From Sulfolobus virus STSV1, in sequence record NC_006268.1: a stretch of 32,000 bases of DNA. One strand, given 5' to 3'. Made by a program: the position numbers and the translations under genes. A model generated the notes under the pieces. It was given only the letters and a program-made list of their open reading frames with translations. It made no database searches and was not told where the DNA came from. Positions 10,420-20,092 of this stretch are shown piece after piece; positions within the stretch are counted from its first letter, which is position 1; every line of letters starts with the position of its first letter.

Positions 10420-10723
10420 TTTTTTTGAAAAGGCTTATTTTTTATTGTATGCCTGCTTTTTATGTTAATGTTATGCCTGATTAGTGCTCATTATTTATTA
10501 TTATGTAATATACCTGTTACATTTCTCTTTTGCTTATACTTTTGCATTTTTGTATAAGCACAACGTTATGGTGATTTATACTTTTCTAGATCATAATACG
10601 TGACGATTTTTAGGGAGAGGGTTCTGGCATTTTTTGACGTTATTTAAGGACATTAATATCGTAGATATTGATAGAAAACTTTATAAATATGAAGTGAGAG
10701 TATAATAATGGGTGAAACAAAAA

Positions 10724-11677
10724 ATGTCTCAACCCGTAAGTCAACCCCCCACATCACAAAACATGGGGGATAAATTAATTGAATTAAGAGAAAAAATAAA
10801 AGAATATATAGAAGATTTAGAAGACTTAAGGCATGATTATGATCTGCCCGATTTTGATGCCGATGATCTGCGCGCAGAACTTGAGTACATAAGCAAAGAG
10901 GCAAAGGATGCTGAACTACCAGCTAGTGTTAAAGAAGTGATAGAGTTAGCAGCAAGTGCGCTAGACGAGCAGTTAGAAAAAGCGCTGAAAAATGGTAAAG
11001 CACTACAGAGCGCTTATTACAATAACGGCATTCATGATATGTTTCTGAATGCGGTAAAACTTTATGCAAACTTAAAAACAATAAATACAATAGTACAATA
11101 TATAAAACAATACGTTAAGGTATTAGGCATTACGGAGGCAAATTTAGAAAGGTTTACACAAGAGGCTGGAAGCATTATAGCTATACTAGCAAATCACATA
11201 GCGCAACATGTTAAACTTAGCGAAGACGATGCAAGAGATTTAGAAAATGAGCTGATATATTTCCACGATCTAGCTGAAAACGAGCCTGATGTGGATGATG
11301 CCTTAAAGGAAATTGAAGATGATTTAGAGAATGATACAGAGTTAAGGCGTGGAACATATAGGGCCTTAATGAAAGTTTTGGATGCAATGCAGGAGCATGG
11401 CAAAAAGGGAGTAGGATATGGGAACGGCGCAGATGAAATAATGTATGACGCATACGATGCAGACGAGGAAGAATATAAGCCTGACGAAATAGACACGGAA
11501 ACACTACTATTAAACTTAGCGGAAACTTACGCACACTTTACAGCGCTACAAGCACTTTACAAAAACATTATTAACGACTATATAACTAATGAAACATTGG
11601 AAGATGCTGTAGAAGTCGCACTAAACAGGGCAAAAGCTGCGATAGGAATAATTTTAAACGGCTATAATAACAACTAA
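10724..11677 (+). CDS. All-helical paralogous family protein, group C
   Basis: MSQPVSQPPTSQNMGDK...; two internal copies of a YAxxxAlxxl motif (KLYANLKTINTIVQYIK and ETYAHFTALQALYKNII). Confidence 0.8.
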   Translation: MSQPVSQPPTSQNMGDKLIELREKIKEYIEDLEDLRHDYDLPDFDADDLRAELEYISKEAKDAELPASVKEVIELAASALDEQLEKALKNGKALQSAYYNNGIHDMFLNAVKLYANLKTINTIVQYIKQYVKVLGITEANLERFTQEAGSIIAILANHIAQHVKLSEDDARDLENELIYFHDLAENEPDVDDALKEIEDDLENDTELRRGTYRALMKVLDAMQEHGKKGVGYGNGADEIMYDAYDADEEEYKPDEIDTETLLLNLAETYAHFTALQALYKNIINDYITNETLEDAVEVALNRAKAAIGIILNGYNNN

Positions 11678-11782
11678 ACGTTTTTTTCTTTTTAGTACCC
11701 TTTTTAAGGTTTTTAGTGTTAATATTATAACGACCTTCTACTCAATATATCATTATTGCTAATTTAGAATCATAATACCTGG

Positions 11783-11875
11783 CGATTTTTAGGGAGAGGG
11801 TTCTGGCATTTTTTGACGTTATTTAAGGGCATTAATACCGTTAAGAAGGACCAAAAGCTTTAAATACTTAAAAAA
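11783..11875 (+). promoter_or_regulatory. Class I promoter cassette
   Basis: cataatacctggcgatttttagggagagggttct...cattaataccgttaagaaggaccaaaagctttaaatac. Confidence 0.7.
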
Positions 11876-11902
11876 CAAATATAATAGTAGGTGAAATCGG
11901 GT

Positions 11903-12796
11903 ATGTCTCAACCCCTTAACCAAACCCCCACGCAGGGGGCAAATCAAGACAAATTAAAAGAAAAAATAGGAAAATATATAAAAGATTTGGAAGATCTGAA
12001 GCTGGGTTACGATATAAACGATATACAAGAAGAGATCGTAGAAAGTTACAGCATAACGAAGGGCGTTAAAGAGGCACTAAAAGTGACATATGCCATTTTA
12101 ACAGACTACTACAATGATGCTAAAGAAAAAAGCAAGTTGCTAAGTGATGCGTATAATAAAAATGCAATTAAAAGCATGTTTGATAACGCTATAGAGCTTT
12201 ATGCAGATTTAGCAGCAATTAATGCATTATTAAGATTAATGCGCTCGTTTAAGATAGAGCCTGAACCGACGCTCACGACGCCCTTATTTATAGATTTTGC
12301 TAGTAAGGCGAAAGACACAGTAATACTACTAATAGGCAGGTACGTAAAAGACGTTAAAAAAGATGATCGGAGAACAATAATTAATAAAATATCTAAAGAG
12401 TTAAGCTGGACCATTTCATATCAAAACAAACTTGAAAGTGACTTCAAAGCATATGAAGAAGAATTTGAAGAGAAAGATGATATATCAGCAGGAGAATACA
12501 AGGTTCTAAAAAGAGCACTAAAGTTAATAAAATATTATTACTGGTTTGGCATAAGGCTCGCAAAAGAAACTAAGGCGATGATAAAGCGAGATGGTAAAAA
12601 TGTTAACATGAGAAAAATAGCTTGGAAATTGACAGAAACGTATGCTACGATGACTATATCATTTGCGTTACACGATATTTTATGTAGCGACAAATACGAC
12701 GTATGTTACAAATGGTTTAATTATATTTTACTATTCCCTACCGAGGATGTTAAAGATGCGATAGAGGTGATTAGAGAGCATGCCTTAAGAGACTAA
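11903..12796 (+). CDS. All-helical paralogous family protein, group C
   Basis: MSQPLNQTPTQGANQDKLKEKIGKYIKDLEDL...; same halves as 10724-11677. Confidence 0.8.
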   Translation: MSQPLNQTPTQGANQDKLKEKIGKYIKDLEDLKLGYDINDIQEEIVESYSITKGVKEALKVTYAILTDYYNDAKEKSKLLSDAYNKNAIKSMFDNAIELYADLAAINALLRLMRSFKIEPEPTLTTPLFIDFASKAKDTVILLIGRYVKDVKKDDRRTIINKISKELSWTISYQNKLESDFKAYEEEFEEKDDISAGEYKVLKRALKLIKYYYWFGIRLAKETKAMIKRDGKNVNMRKIAWKLTETYATMTISFALHDILCSDKYDVCYKWFNYILLFPTEDVKDAIEVIREHALRD

Positions 12797-12837
12797 TTTT
12801 TTTAAATTTTTTGTTTTATAATTTTAGCGAAGAAACA

Positions 12838-15060
12838 GTGTACGCCCTCAGGCGTAATCGCATAGAAGGTCAAGATTATATTAGGCTGATCGAAACGGAT
12901 AAATTTCCTGCCGACCTGATTAACGAGGCCTCAGCAAGAGAAAAAAGTAGAGGCGGAATGCCGCCGATATGGGAAATGGTCTTTTGGTGGACTAGGAAAC
13001 CCTTAATAGGGGCTAGAGCAATTATCGCAGCCTCACTGCTGCCAGAGTCTGTTGATAAAAGCAAGTTTTTGCGCTTGATTAGGCTCGATAGTAACGAATC
13101 AGTCATTTACCATAAATATAATCCAGCTGATATACCCTCGTTAAAGAAGTACTTTAAAAATGCTAAGCTTCTAGACCCCTTTGCAGGTTTTTGTTCAATA
13201 CCTCTAGAGGCTATGCGGCTAGGCGTAGGGGAAGTCGTAGCTTCTGACCTTTTGCCTACGGCCTACATTTTTCTTAAAGCCATTTTGGAAATACCTAAAT
13301 GGGCCAGAGATAATGACCTTCATGAGACACTTATTAAAGATGTTGAGAAATGGGGCAATTGGATATTAGATGAGTTAAGAAAGGATCAAGAACTTCAAGA
13401 ATTATACGATGATGACGCCGAAGGTTACATTGGTACATGGGAAATAAGATGCCCACATTGTAGTAATTATACACCACTAATAGGGAGTTGGTGGTTAGCG
13501 AGAAAGCCAAACGGAAAAAGAAATAAGAAAGAAAATGGTGGATTTAAAAGACTTGCCTGGATGGTACCAAATATCGTTGATAATAAGGTTGATATAGATG
13601 TAATTGACCTTAATAAAGAATTATCTAGAGATAAAATAAATGCTAAAGTTGACGCTGAACAAGGAATTGTAGAAGTTTATGAGGAAGTAAACGGCGTACC
13701 TCAGCTTGAAAAAACTTATCACGTACAACAACCTAACGTAGATATAAAAAGAAACACTTCAAAATGCTTAGTATGCAATACCACGATAAAAGGGGGAAGG
13801 CAATTTTACGTTAAGGATGCGGTGAGGGATTGGAATGAAAACTTAGAAAAATACTTAGCGGGGGAGATAAGTAAAGAGCAATTATTAAATAGTAAGGTAA
13901 GACCACGAATAATAGTCAAAATAAAAAATGGCATAATCTTTGAGAAGGTAGAAGATCAAGAGAAGTTATGGAAGGCTTTAGAGATGCTTAAACAAATGTG
14001 GGGAGATCCTGATATACCAACGGAGCTCGCACAGAATTACGAAAGCCGCCACATGCCTATTAGTTTTGGCGTTGATAAGTTCTTTAAATTCTTTAATCCA
14101 CGCCAGCTTTTAACTGCTGTTAAGTTTGTTAAATTACTACGTGAGGTTGGGAAGAGAGTTGAGGAAGAGAAATTAAAAGTATGGAATAAGGATAAGGCGA
14201 GAAAATACGCTGAAGCAATAGTTACGTATTTAGCAATGTTATTAGCTAAATTTGTGAATTACAGTTCGATTGGTACCGCCTGGGATGCTACTACTGTTAA
14301 AAGTTTCGAGAGTTTTTCAATGCGAGGGCTGAGGATAATGTGGAATTGGGTAGATATTACTCCTTACAGTAAGCTGAGTGGATCTTTTATAAAATCACTG
14401 CGCAGTGTATTAAGAGGCCTTCAATATCTTATTGACGCAATTTCGGACAGCCCTACTAGAGTCAGGGTTTTGTTGGATGACGCTACTAAACTAAATAAGA
14501 TTACAGAGAACTTCGATTTAATAGTTACCGACCCGCCATATTGGGATGATGTTCCCTATACAGAGCTTAGTGATTTATATTATGTATGGTTAAAAAGGGC
14601 TTTAAGTGATGTTAAGGAAGTTAATGGGGTTTTAAAGAGGGTTCCTAAATTTTATCCAGAGGCATTCTTTGATAATGCTGGGAATGAAATAGAAACTCAG
14701 TGGAAGAAATTTGCAATTAGAGAAATTAGTAGATATAGGGGAAGAGTTAAGTACTTTTATAAAAATGTTGATGCCTCTGAGCATTTTAAACGATTGCTGG
14801 CAGAAGCTTTTAAGACAATTGCAGATAGACTAAAGGAAAATGGAATTTTAGTAACGTATTATGCTCATCCCACTCCAGAGGCTTGGAATGCACTTTTAGA
14901 AGCTGGTTGGAGTAAGGCAGGTTTAAGAATAACTAAAACGCATTTATTTGTGACAGAATCTAGAACGCGGCTTACGGCGCAAGACAAAATTACAGTAAAT
15001 ACGTCGCTGGTCATAGTGTGGCGTAAGAGAAAGACGATGAAGAAACGTTTAAAAATATAA
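12838..15060 (+). CDS. Adenine-specific DNA methylase, DUF1156 / COG1743-like, with internal Zn-ribbon Cys pairs
   Basis: N-terminal RLIETDKFPADLINEASAREKSRGGMPPIWEMVFWWTRKPL..ARA, motif I LLDPFAGFCSIPLEAMRLG, CPHC...CLVC, motif IV IVTDPPYWDD. Track start is a TTG at 12811; GTG at 12838 is an alternative. Confidence 0.9.
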   Translation: MYALRRNRIEGQDYIRLIETDKFPADLINEASAREKSRGGMPPIWEMVFWWTRKPLIGARAIIAASLLPESVDKSKFLRLIRLDSNESVIYHKYNPADIPSLKKYFKNAKLLDPFAGFCSIPLEAMRLGVGEVVASDLLPTAYIFLKAILEIPKWARDNDLHETLIKDVEKWGNWILDELRKDQELQELYDDDAEGYIGTWEIRCPHCSNYTPLIGSWWLARKPNGKRNKKENGGFKRLAWMVPNIVDNKVDIDVIDLNKELSRDKINAKVDAEQGIVEVYEEVNGVPQLEKTYHVQQPNVDIKRNTSKCLVCNTTIKGGRQFYVKDAVRDWNENLEKYLAGEISKEQLLNSKVRPRIIVKIKNGIIFEKVEDQEKLWKALEMLKQMWGDPDIPTELAQNYESRHMPISFGVDKFFKFFNPRQLLTAVKFVKLLREVGKRVEEEKLKVWNKDKARKYAEAIVTYLAMLLAKFVNYSSIGTAWDATTVKSFESFSMRGLRIMWNWVDITPYSKLSGSFIKSLRSVLRGLQYLIDAISDSPTRVRVLLDDATKLNKITENFDLIVTDPPYWDDVPYTELSDLYYVWLKRALSDVKEVNGVLKRVPKFYPEAFFDNAGNEIETQWKKFAIREISRYRGRVKYFYKNVDASEHFKRLLAEAFKTIADRLKENGILVTYYAHPTPEAWNALLEAGWSKAGLRITKTHLFVTESRTRLTAQDKITVNTSLVIVWRKRKTMKKRLKI

Positions 15061-15207
15061 ACGCTAAACAAAAAATGGGGATAAATAATTTCTGCACAAA
15101 GCGTAATTTCAGAACAATTAAAAAATCAACTAATCGAATTATTTACATGGGCAAAAAATAAAGTATTTGACGCAGAAAAATACAAAACTTCAAAATACGA
15201 CGGCTTT

Positions 15208-15453
15208 TTGTATAGGCAAGCAAACTGGGCGCTCTATATTTGCGATCTTCAAGAAATGCCTGATGTTAACGTTTACGTTCACGTTTATCCTGGAAAAACA
15301 CCGCCTAATGTTCTAGTTTTAGTATTCGTGTATAATCCTTTCAAAACAAAGACTGATCGCGAGATCATTTCGAGGGCCTCAGACCACCTTTCTAGGGTAA
15401 TAGACGAGCTGCGAAAAGATAATATCATCTTCGATTCCAACCTTTTCTACTGA
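15208..15453 (+). CDS. Small protein of unknown function; N-terminus uncertain
   Basis: Open frame actually extends upstream to 15085 (..SAQSVISEQLKNQLIELFTWAKNKVFDAEKYKTSKYDGFLYRQANWALYICDLQ..) without an ATG, GTG or TTG before 15208. Confidence 0.6.
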   Translation: MYRQANWALYICDLQEMPDVNVYVHVYPGKTPPNVLVLVFVYNPFKTKTDREIISRASDHLSRVIDELRKDNIIFDSNLFY

Positions 15454-15499
15454 CGGAGTATCGGATCTTTTTAAATTCTTTTTAATAAATAATAATGAG

Positions 15500-16564
15500 A
15501 TGAGTGAGCCGATCTTTGAAATAGATGAAAATGTTGAAGCATTGAAAAAGCTAAAATATAGGGAAGAAGGTGAGCAAAAGGAGCAATCTTTAACTAAATT
15601 GATCTTTAAGTATTTAAATAATCTAAATTCTGAGCAAAACGTAGCAATGCTTGCTTATGATATATATGAAATTATTCTCATCCACATTGTACCTGAACTT
15701 AATAAGCTTCTAAGCAAGGCATATAGAGAACGCAATGTTGTTGATATGTTAGCTATAGCGGCTGATGTTTATGCCTCTTTGGAAGCCCTGAAGTCTGTAG
15801 TAAAGCTGGCTGCAGATTCTTCTACCATTCGCCCTGAAGAAAAAGAAAGAATTTTACGACCAATAAAAGAATTTATTGATAAATCGCACCATTTAATTGA
15901 AACAGCAGCAAAATATTACTATCCGCAAGACATTTATATTTCATCTAGTGAATTTACTGGATTACAAGAAGATGTGCTTGCTCTCAAAGAAGCTATTGAC
16001 AAAGTAGAGCAGAGACTGAAGGATGTAGAAGGTGGTGCTATACCTGACTGGAAACTTATAGAAGAAGAGGGTAATAGAAATATGGTTTATTTTCCACCGC
16101 GCGTAATTGAGCATCTAGTGTCGACTAAAGATGTTTTAGAACTGGCTTTAATGGAGGGTAAAGCGTTTTTATCTAAATATTTTGCCGAGCCTTTACTAAA
16201 GTTCTTTGGACCAATTTTAAAGAAAAATAATCAAGATTTTTCTGAGCACATGAGCTTGCTGTTTCCGCCTGCTGAACTAATTCAAGCATATAGGCAAGCT
16301 TTGAACGAAATTAAACAGCGTTACGACGAGATGGTAAGATATGCACTTAAACTTAACGAAGATAATAGGAATTTTGCAGGCTTAATAAATGATTTAGCAA
16401 ACATTTACGCGGATGCGTTTGCGATAAACCAGCTTGGCCTGCTTTTCTGCTTACCTCAAAAATATTCAATTTGTACCGCTGATCTTGGAATAATTAGTAG
16501 TAAAATTGCATCTACAGCGCAAGAAATGATTGAAAACGCCGCGAAACATTATTACAGAAGGTAA
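15500..16564 (+). CDS. All-helical paralogous family protein, group C, larger variant
   Basis: LAIAADVYASLEALKSVV and NDLANIYADAFAINQLGLLFCLPQKYSIC correspond to the repeat motif in 16725-17678. Confidence 0.75.
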   Translation: MSEPIFEIDENVEALKKLKYREEGEQKEQSLTKLIFKYLNNLNSEQNVAMLAYDIYEIILIHIVPELNKLLSKAYRERNVVDMLAIAADVYASLEALKSVVKLAADSSTIRPEEKERILRPIKEFIDKSHHLIETAAKYYYPQDIYISSSEFTGLQEDVLALKEAIDKVEQRLKDVEGGAIPDWKLIEEEGNRNMVYFPPRVIEHLVSTKDVLELALMEGKAFLSKYFAEPLLKFFGPILKKNNQDFSEHMSLLFPPAELIQAYRQALNEIKQRYDEMVRYALKLNEDNRNFAGLINDLANIYADAFAINQLGLLFCLPQKYSICTADLGIISSKIASTAQEMIENAAKHYYRR

Positions 16565-16587
16565 CTTTTTTTAGAAAAATTCTATCT

Positions 16588-16690
16588 TTTACTTATAATA
16601 CTTTACGGCTTTTAGGAGAGGATTCTCGATTCAAACTGCGTAAATTTACAGCTATAATACCGTAGGAATTGAGGGAAAGTTTTATAAGTA
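16588..16690 (+). promoter_or_regulatory. Class I promoter cassette (most distal copy)
   Basis: ataatactttacggcttttaggagaggattct...cagctataataccgtaggaattgagggaaagttttataag. Confidence 0.65.
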
Positions 16691-16724
16691 TAAAAAACAA
16701 AGTATAAAATCGGTGAGTTGATAT

Positions 16725-17678
16725 ATGTCACAAGTAAAGATAAATAATAAGGTAGATCTTATATTAAAAATACAAGAGAATATTAAAGATCTAACTCAGT
16801 TTAAGGATGATTTTGGAACACATTACACAGTTAACAGTCTAGCGTCGGACCTTAAAATTATATGGAAAGAGATTGAGAGGAAAAACTTTACTTCAAAAAG
16901 TGTGCAAAGGGCTATAGAGTTGACGCTTAGCATTCTAGAAGGCGTTTACTACGATGAGGTGAGAGAGCATGCAGCAGTACTAAGTGTGGCGTTTAAGAAA
17001 AATTTTGATGCTAGAAGCGCATTTATGCGGGTTTTGGACATTTACGCAAATTTGAGGGCCATGCAAGCATTGTATGAGTTTATAAATGAAAATATAAAGA
17101 TAAATGCAGACTTTGTAAATACAGACATAATTACATTTACGCAAAAGGCATTTGATACGCTTACTACAATTGCCGATTACTATATACAGTATGGCAACAT
17201 AGACAAAAGACAAGTGTTGGCAGAAGAGTTAGATAAGTATCTCTCACCATATTACGACATGATAGAAAACAGTCATGAGTACCTCGAGGGTGATATAGAT
17301 GAGATTACCGCGATGCTCGAAGCGAATGAAGATCTTGCTAGGGGAACTTACAATGTATTAGCTGCTGCGATTGATAAGATGTGGGAGCATTACAATAAAG
17401 GAATTACGTTTGCTAATCGCGCTAGACTAGTACTGGAAAAAGAAGCCTGGAACGAGGAGGAACAACAAATAGATGTGGAAAAAGTTGATTTTAACGCGAT
17501 TGCACAAAACCTGATAGAGGCATATGCAGAATTTAAGGCATTGCAAGCATTTTACGACGTGTTATGTAACGACACATATGAGCTATGCTTCGATGATTTT
17601 CAAACGCATTTAGATGAGGCCCTAAAGAACGCTAAAGAGGCCTTACGTTTAATTGCTGAATCTTATATGATATCCTGA
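16725..17678 (+). CDS. All-helical paralogous family protein, group C
   Basis: [18 protein letters not shown] and [24 protein letters not shown] repeated halves. Confidence 0.8.
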   Translation: MSQVKINNKVDLILKIQENIKDLTQFKDDFGTHYTVNSLASDLKIIWKEIERKNFTSKSVQRAIELTLSILEGVYYDEVREHAAVLSVAFKKNFDARSAFMRVLDIYANLRAMQALYEFINENIKINADFVNTDIITFTQKAFDTLTTIADYYIQYGNIDKRQVLAEELDKYLSPYYDMIENSHEYLEGDIDEITAMLEANEDLARGTYNVLAAAIDKMWEHYNKGITFANRARLVLEKEAWNEEEQQIDVEKVDFNAIAQNLIEAYAEFKALQAFYDVLCNDTYELCFDDFQTHLDEALKNAKEALRLIAESYMIS

Positions 17679-17691
17679 AGAGGTAAAAGTG

Positions 17692-18465
17692 ATGATAGTC
17701 AGACTAGTATCATATTCGCCTGATGGTGAAAAGGTAGTAGCTATTGCGGCTAAAATGAGTAGGAGTAGGAAAGGTTGGGATTATCATGAAAAAGAAATGA
17801 CTGATGAAGAGATTGAGACATGGATTAGGGATGCGATTCTACATGGGTATTGGTCTGTGTTAGAGCATTCAGTTTATACTTTTTCTATTGAGGGAATTTC
17901 TAGGGTTGCGTCTCATCAGCTTGTTAGGCATAGAATAGCCTCTTATACGCAAATGTCTCACAGGTTTGCTAGGCCAATAGATGAATATTATAAGCCAATA
18001 ATACCTATTAGCATTAAAAAGAGGGATGTTCATGAGCTAGTTAACAAAGCTTACAATAATGCTTATGAAATTTATTATGAATTATTGAAGAGCGGAATAC
18101 CCGAAGAGGATGCACGTTATGTTTTACCAAACGCTGTTAATACAAACATCGTAGTAACTATGAATGCTAGGGAATTATATAATTTCTTTTCCCTAAGGCT
18201 CTGTTCAAGAGCTCAATGGGAAATTAGAGCAATTGCATGGAGAATGTTAGAGGAAGTAAAGAAAGTTCACCCAAGATTATTTAGATATGCTGGACCAAAC
18301 TGCATAATACATGAGAATTTCATAAGAAATGAGTATATAACTTTAGATGATGTGCTTAAAAATCACAATATAGAGTTTATATCCCAAAGATGTATTGAAG
18401 GAGTTAATAGGGATGGAATTATAAAATGCATCATTAACTCACGTGGGGTTATTAACTCGATTTGA
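17692..18465 (+). CDS. thyX: Flavin-dependent thymidylate synthase
   Basis: [17 protein letters not shown] matches the ThyX RHR-x7-S signature; also HSVYTF and [12 protein letters not shown]. Confidence 0.97.
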   Translation: MIVRLVSYSPDGEKVVAIAAKMSRSRKGWDYHEKEMTDEEIETWIRDAILHGYWSVLEHSVYTFSIEGISRVASHQLVRHRIASYTQMSHRFARPIDEYYKPIIPISIKKRDVHELVNKAYNNAYEIYYELLKSGIPEEDARYVLPNAVNTNIVVTMNARELYNFFSLRLCSRAQWEIRAIAWRMLEEVKKVHPRLFRYAGPNCIIHENFIRNEYITLDDVLKNHNIEFISQRCIEGVNRDGIIKCIINSRGVINSI

Positions 18466-18639
18466 AGTGATGAAAACTTATTTACGAATTTCGGACTTTT
18501 GCTATATACAGGAACTTCGAACTTTGATCACTAAATTTTTCCCTTTTTTAAGTTTCATTAGTACGAGAAAAATTCATGACGGTAGTAAATTTACAGAATT
18601 GTCATTACAATTCTACAAATTTATGGAAACCCCTTTTTT

Positions 18640-18740
18640 CCCTTATGTTTTTATGACTATAATGTTATGTTAACATGTAATTTTACGTTTTTCACTATGG
18701 AGCTTATGATAGAAAGTTTTATAAGCTTAAATGACCATAC
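18640..18740 (+). promoter_or_regulatory. Class II promoter module
   Basis: acatgtaattttacgtttttcactatggagcttatgatagAAAGTTTTATAAGCTTAAA, conserved at 20665-20780 and 25418-25525. Confidence 0.7.
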
Positions 18741-18758
18741 TAATAATCGGTGGGAAAC

Positions 18759-19211
18759 ATGATAGATATCGTTCCAGATGGTTTAAGTAAAGAATCGTGG
18801 GAAAGTATAAGGGAAGAAGTCGCACAAGACCAAGAAGGCCTTCAATTTTTGCAAGGATTCGGTCTTGAAAATCCTGAAAATGCAACATTGGATGAGATAA
18901 TTTATGTGCTATCAAAAATCTTAAGAACTTTAGAAGATAATACGAAAATCCAAGAATATCTTGTTCATCTTCAAGAAGTCTTGCAGATGTACGTGCATAT
19001 CGAAAGCTGGAGAGACGTTCTTGCCTTAAATGTAGTTTACGTCGTTCCTGAATATGAGAATGAAAGAGCAAAAAAGGCCCACAGAATCCTGATGTTCTAT
19101 TTCATGCAGCATCTTCAGCTCAAACTTAATCAAACTCCATTAACAATGAAGAGGGCGAGATTTGTAAGGAATACAATCAAAACCATACGCGAAATGGTAT
19201 TTAATATATAG
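18759..19211 (+). CDS. Helical protein of unknown function
   Basis: ORF behind class II promoter; ATG at 18759 after CGGTGG. Immediately precedes the TGT/DpdA-like gene. Confidence 0.8.
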   Translation: MIDIVPDGLSKESWESIREEVAQDQEGLQFLQGFGLENPENATLDEIIYVLSKILRTLEDNTKIQEYLVHLQEVLQMYVHIESWRDVLALNVVYVVPEYENERAKKAHRILMFYFMQHLQLKLNQTPLTMKRARFVRNTIKTIREMVFNI

Positions 19212-19228
19212 GGAAAAATGATAAGGGT

Positions 19229-20092
19229 ATGAAGATCGTTTTAGGCCTGCCTGATGAAAGAGTGAAGTTATGGAAGTTAGGTGTACCGTTAATGATTAAT
19301 CAGTTGGTATGGGACAATGTAGAATGGGAAAATGAAACATGGGTAGATTCTGGTGGCTATCAAATAATGGTTAGAAAAATGCAGATTAGTGTAGATGCCG
19401 TATTAGATAAATACAAGAGGCTTGATGCAGACTATTACATTAGTCTCGATATACCTGCAACACCTTGCGAAAAGCCTTCAGAGCTTAATTTCAAGCACTT
19501 TGAGTACTTATACACGAGACTAGATAAGAATATAATACCAGTCATTCACGCTTATGATGTTGAAAGTATTAAAAAGGCTATTGATTTCTACTCTCAATAT
19601 ACGGATTATATCGCCTTTGGTGGGATAGTTCCACCATCTCTTAATAAGGTAGCTAGCCAAAAGCTAGCAGTTGCAATGTACCGCCTTGTTAGGAAAGAAT
19701 GGAAGGGTAAAATTCACGTTTTAGGTGCTGGTTCTCCTTTCATGAGAAAGGTTTTTTATGATGCTGATAGTGTTGACACATCAACTTATAGAGTAAAGGC
19801 AATACATGGTATGGTGTTATTGCCTGGAAAAGGAGAAAGATATGTTGGAGAGAGAAAAATAAGTTGGGGGGCTAGACGAATTAGTGAAGATGAACTTGAA
19901 TCGCTAAAGGCTTTTCTAGAGAAGACTCACTACCCATTTCCTATAAGGGTTGATAATTGGATAGATAGATCACTTGTTAACGCATGGGTTTTGTTACACA
20001 GTGAGTATGAGGAAGATAATCCTCTTATCAGATATGCACACAACATAACAGACCCAGAGGCTGAGATAAATGAGTTATGTAGAAAGCTGTGA
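19229..20092 (+). CDS. dpdA: tRNA-guanine transglycosylase superfamily protein, DpdA-like (7-deazaguanine insertion)
   Basis: TGT-type motifs: WVDSGGYQIM, DADYYISLDIPATP, YIAFGGIVPP, IHVLGAGSP, ADSVDTSTYR. Short, with no PUA domain visible. Confidence 0.85.
   Translation: MKIVLGLPDERVKLWKLGVPLMINQLVWDNVEWENETWVDSGGYQIMVRKMQISVDAVLDKYKRLDADYYISLDIPATPCEKPSELNFKHFEYLYTRLDKNIIPVIHAYDVESIKKAIDFYSQYTDYIAFGGIVPPSLNKVASQKLAVAMYRLVRKEWKGKIHVLGAGSPFMRKVFYDADSVDTSTYRVKAIHGMVLLPGKGERYVGERKISWGARRISEDELESLKAFLEKTHYPFPIRVDNWIDRSLVNAWVLLHSEYEEDNPLIRYAHNITDPEAEINELCRKL

Noticed and set aside
10653-10904. - strand ORF of 83 aa
   Set aside because: Antisense to the class I promoter and start of the 10724 gene; hydrophobic shadow ORF.
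11194-11534. Two overlapping minus-strand ORFs (about 100 aa each)
   Set aside because: Antisense of a well supported group C gene; Ser/Leu/His-rich shadow translations.
18443-18673. 76 aa + strand ORF overlapping the end of thyX
   Set aside because: Reads through the degenerate palindrome and class II promoter; no start context.
19218-19232. Five-codon upstream ORF ATGATAAGGGTATGA overlapping the DpdA-like start (similar ATGAAAAATGGCTGA at 5210)
   Set aside because: Could be translational coupling but very short ORFs overlapping starts are expected by chance; not conserved between paralogs (9969 version lacks the stop).
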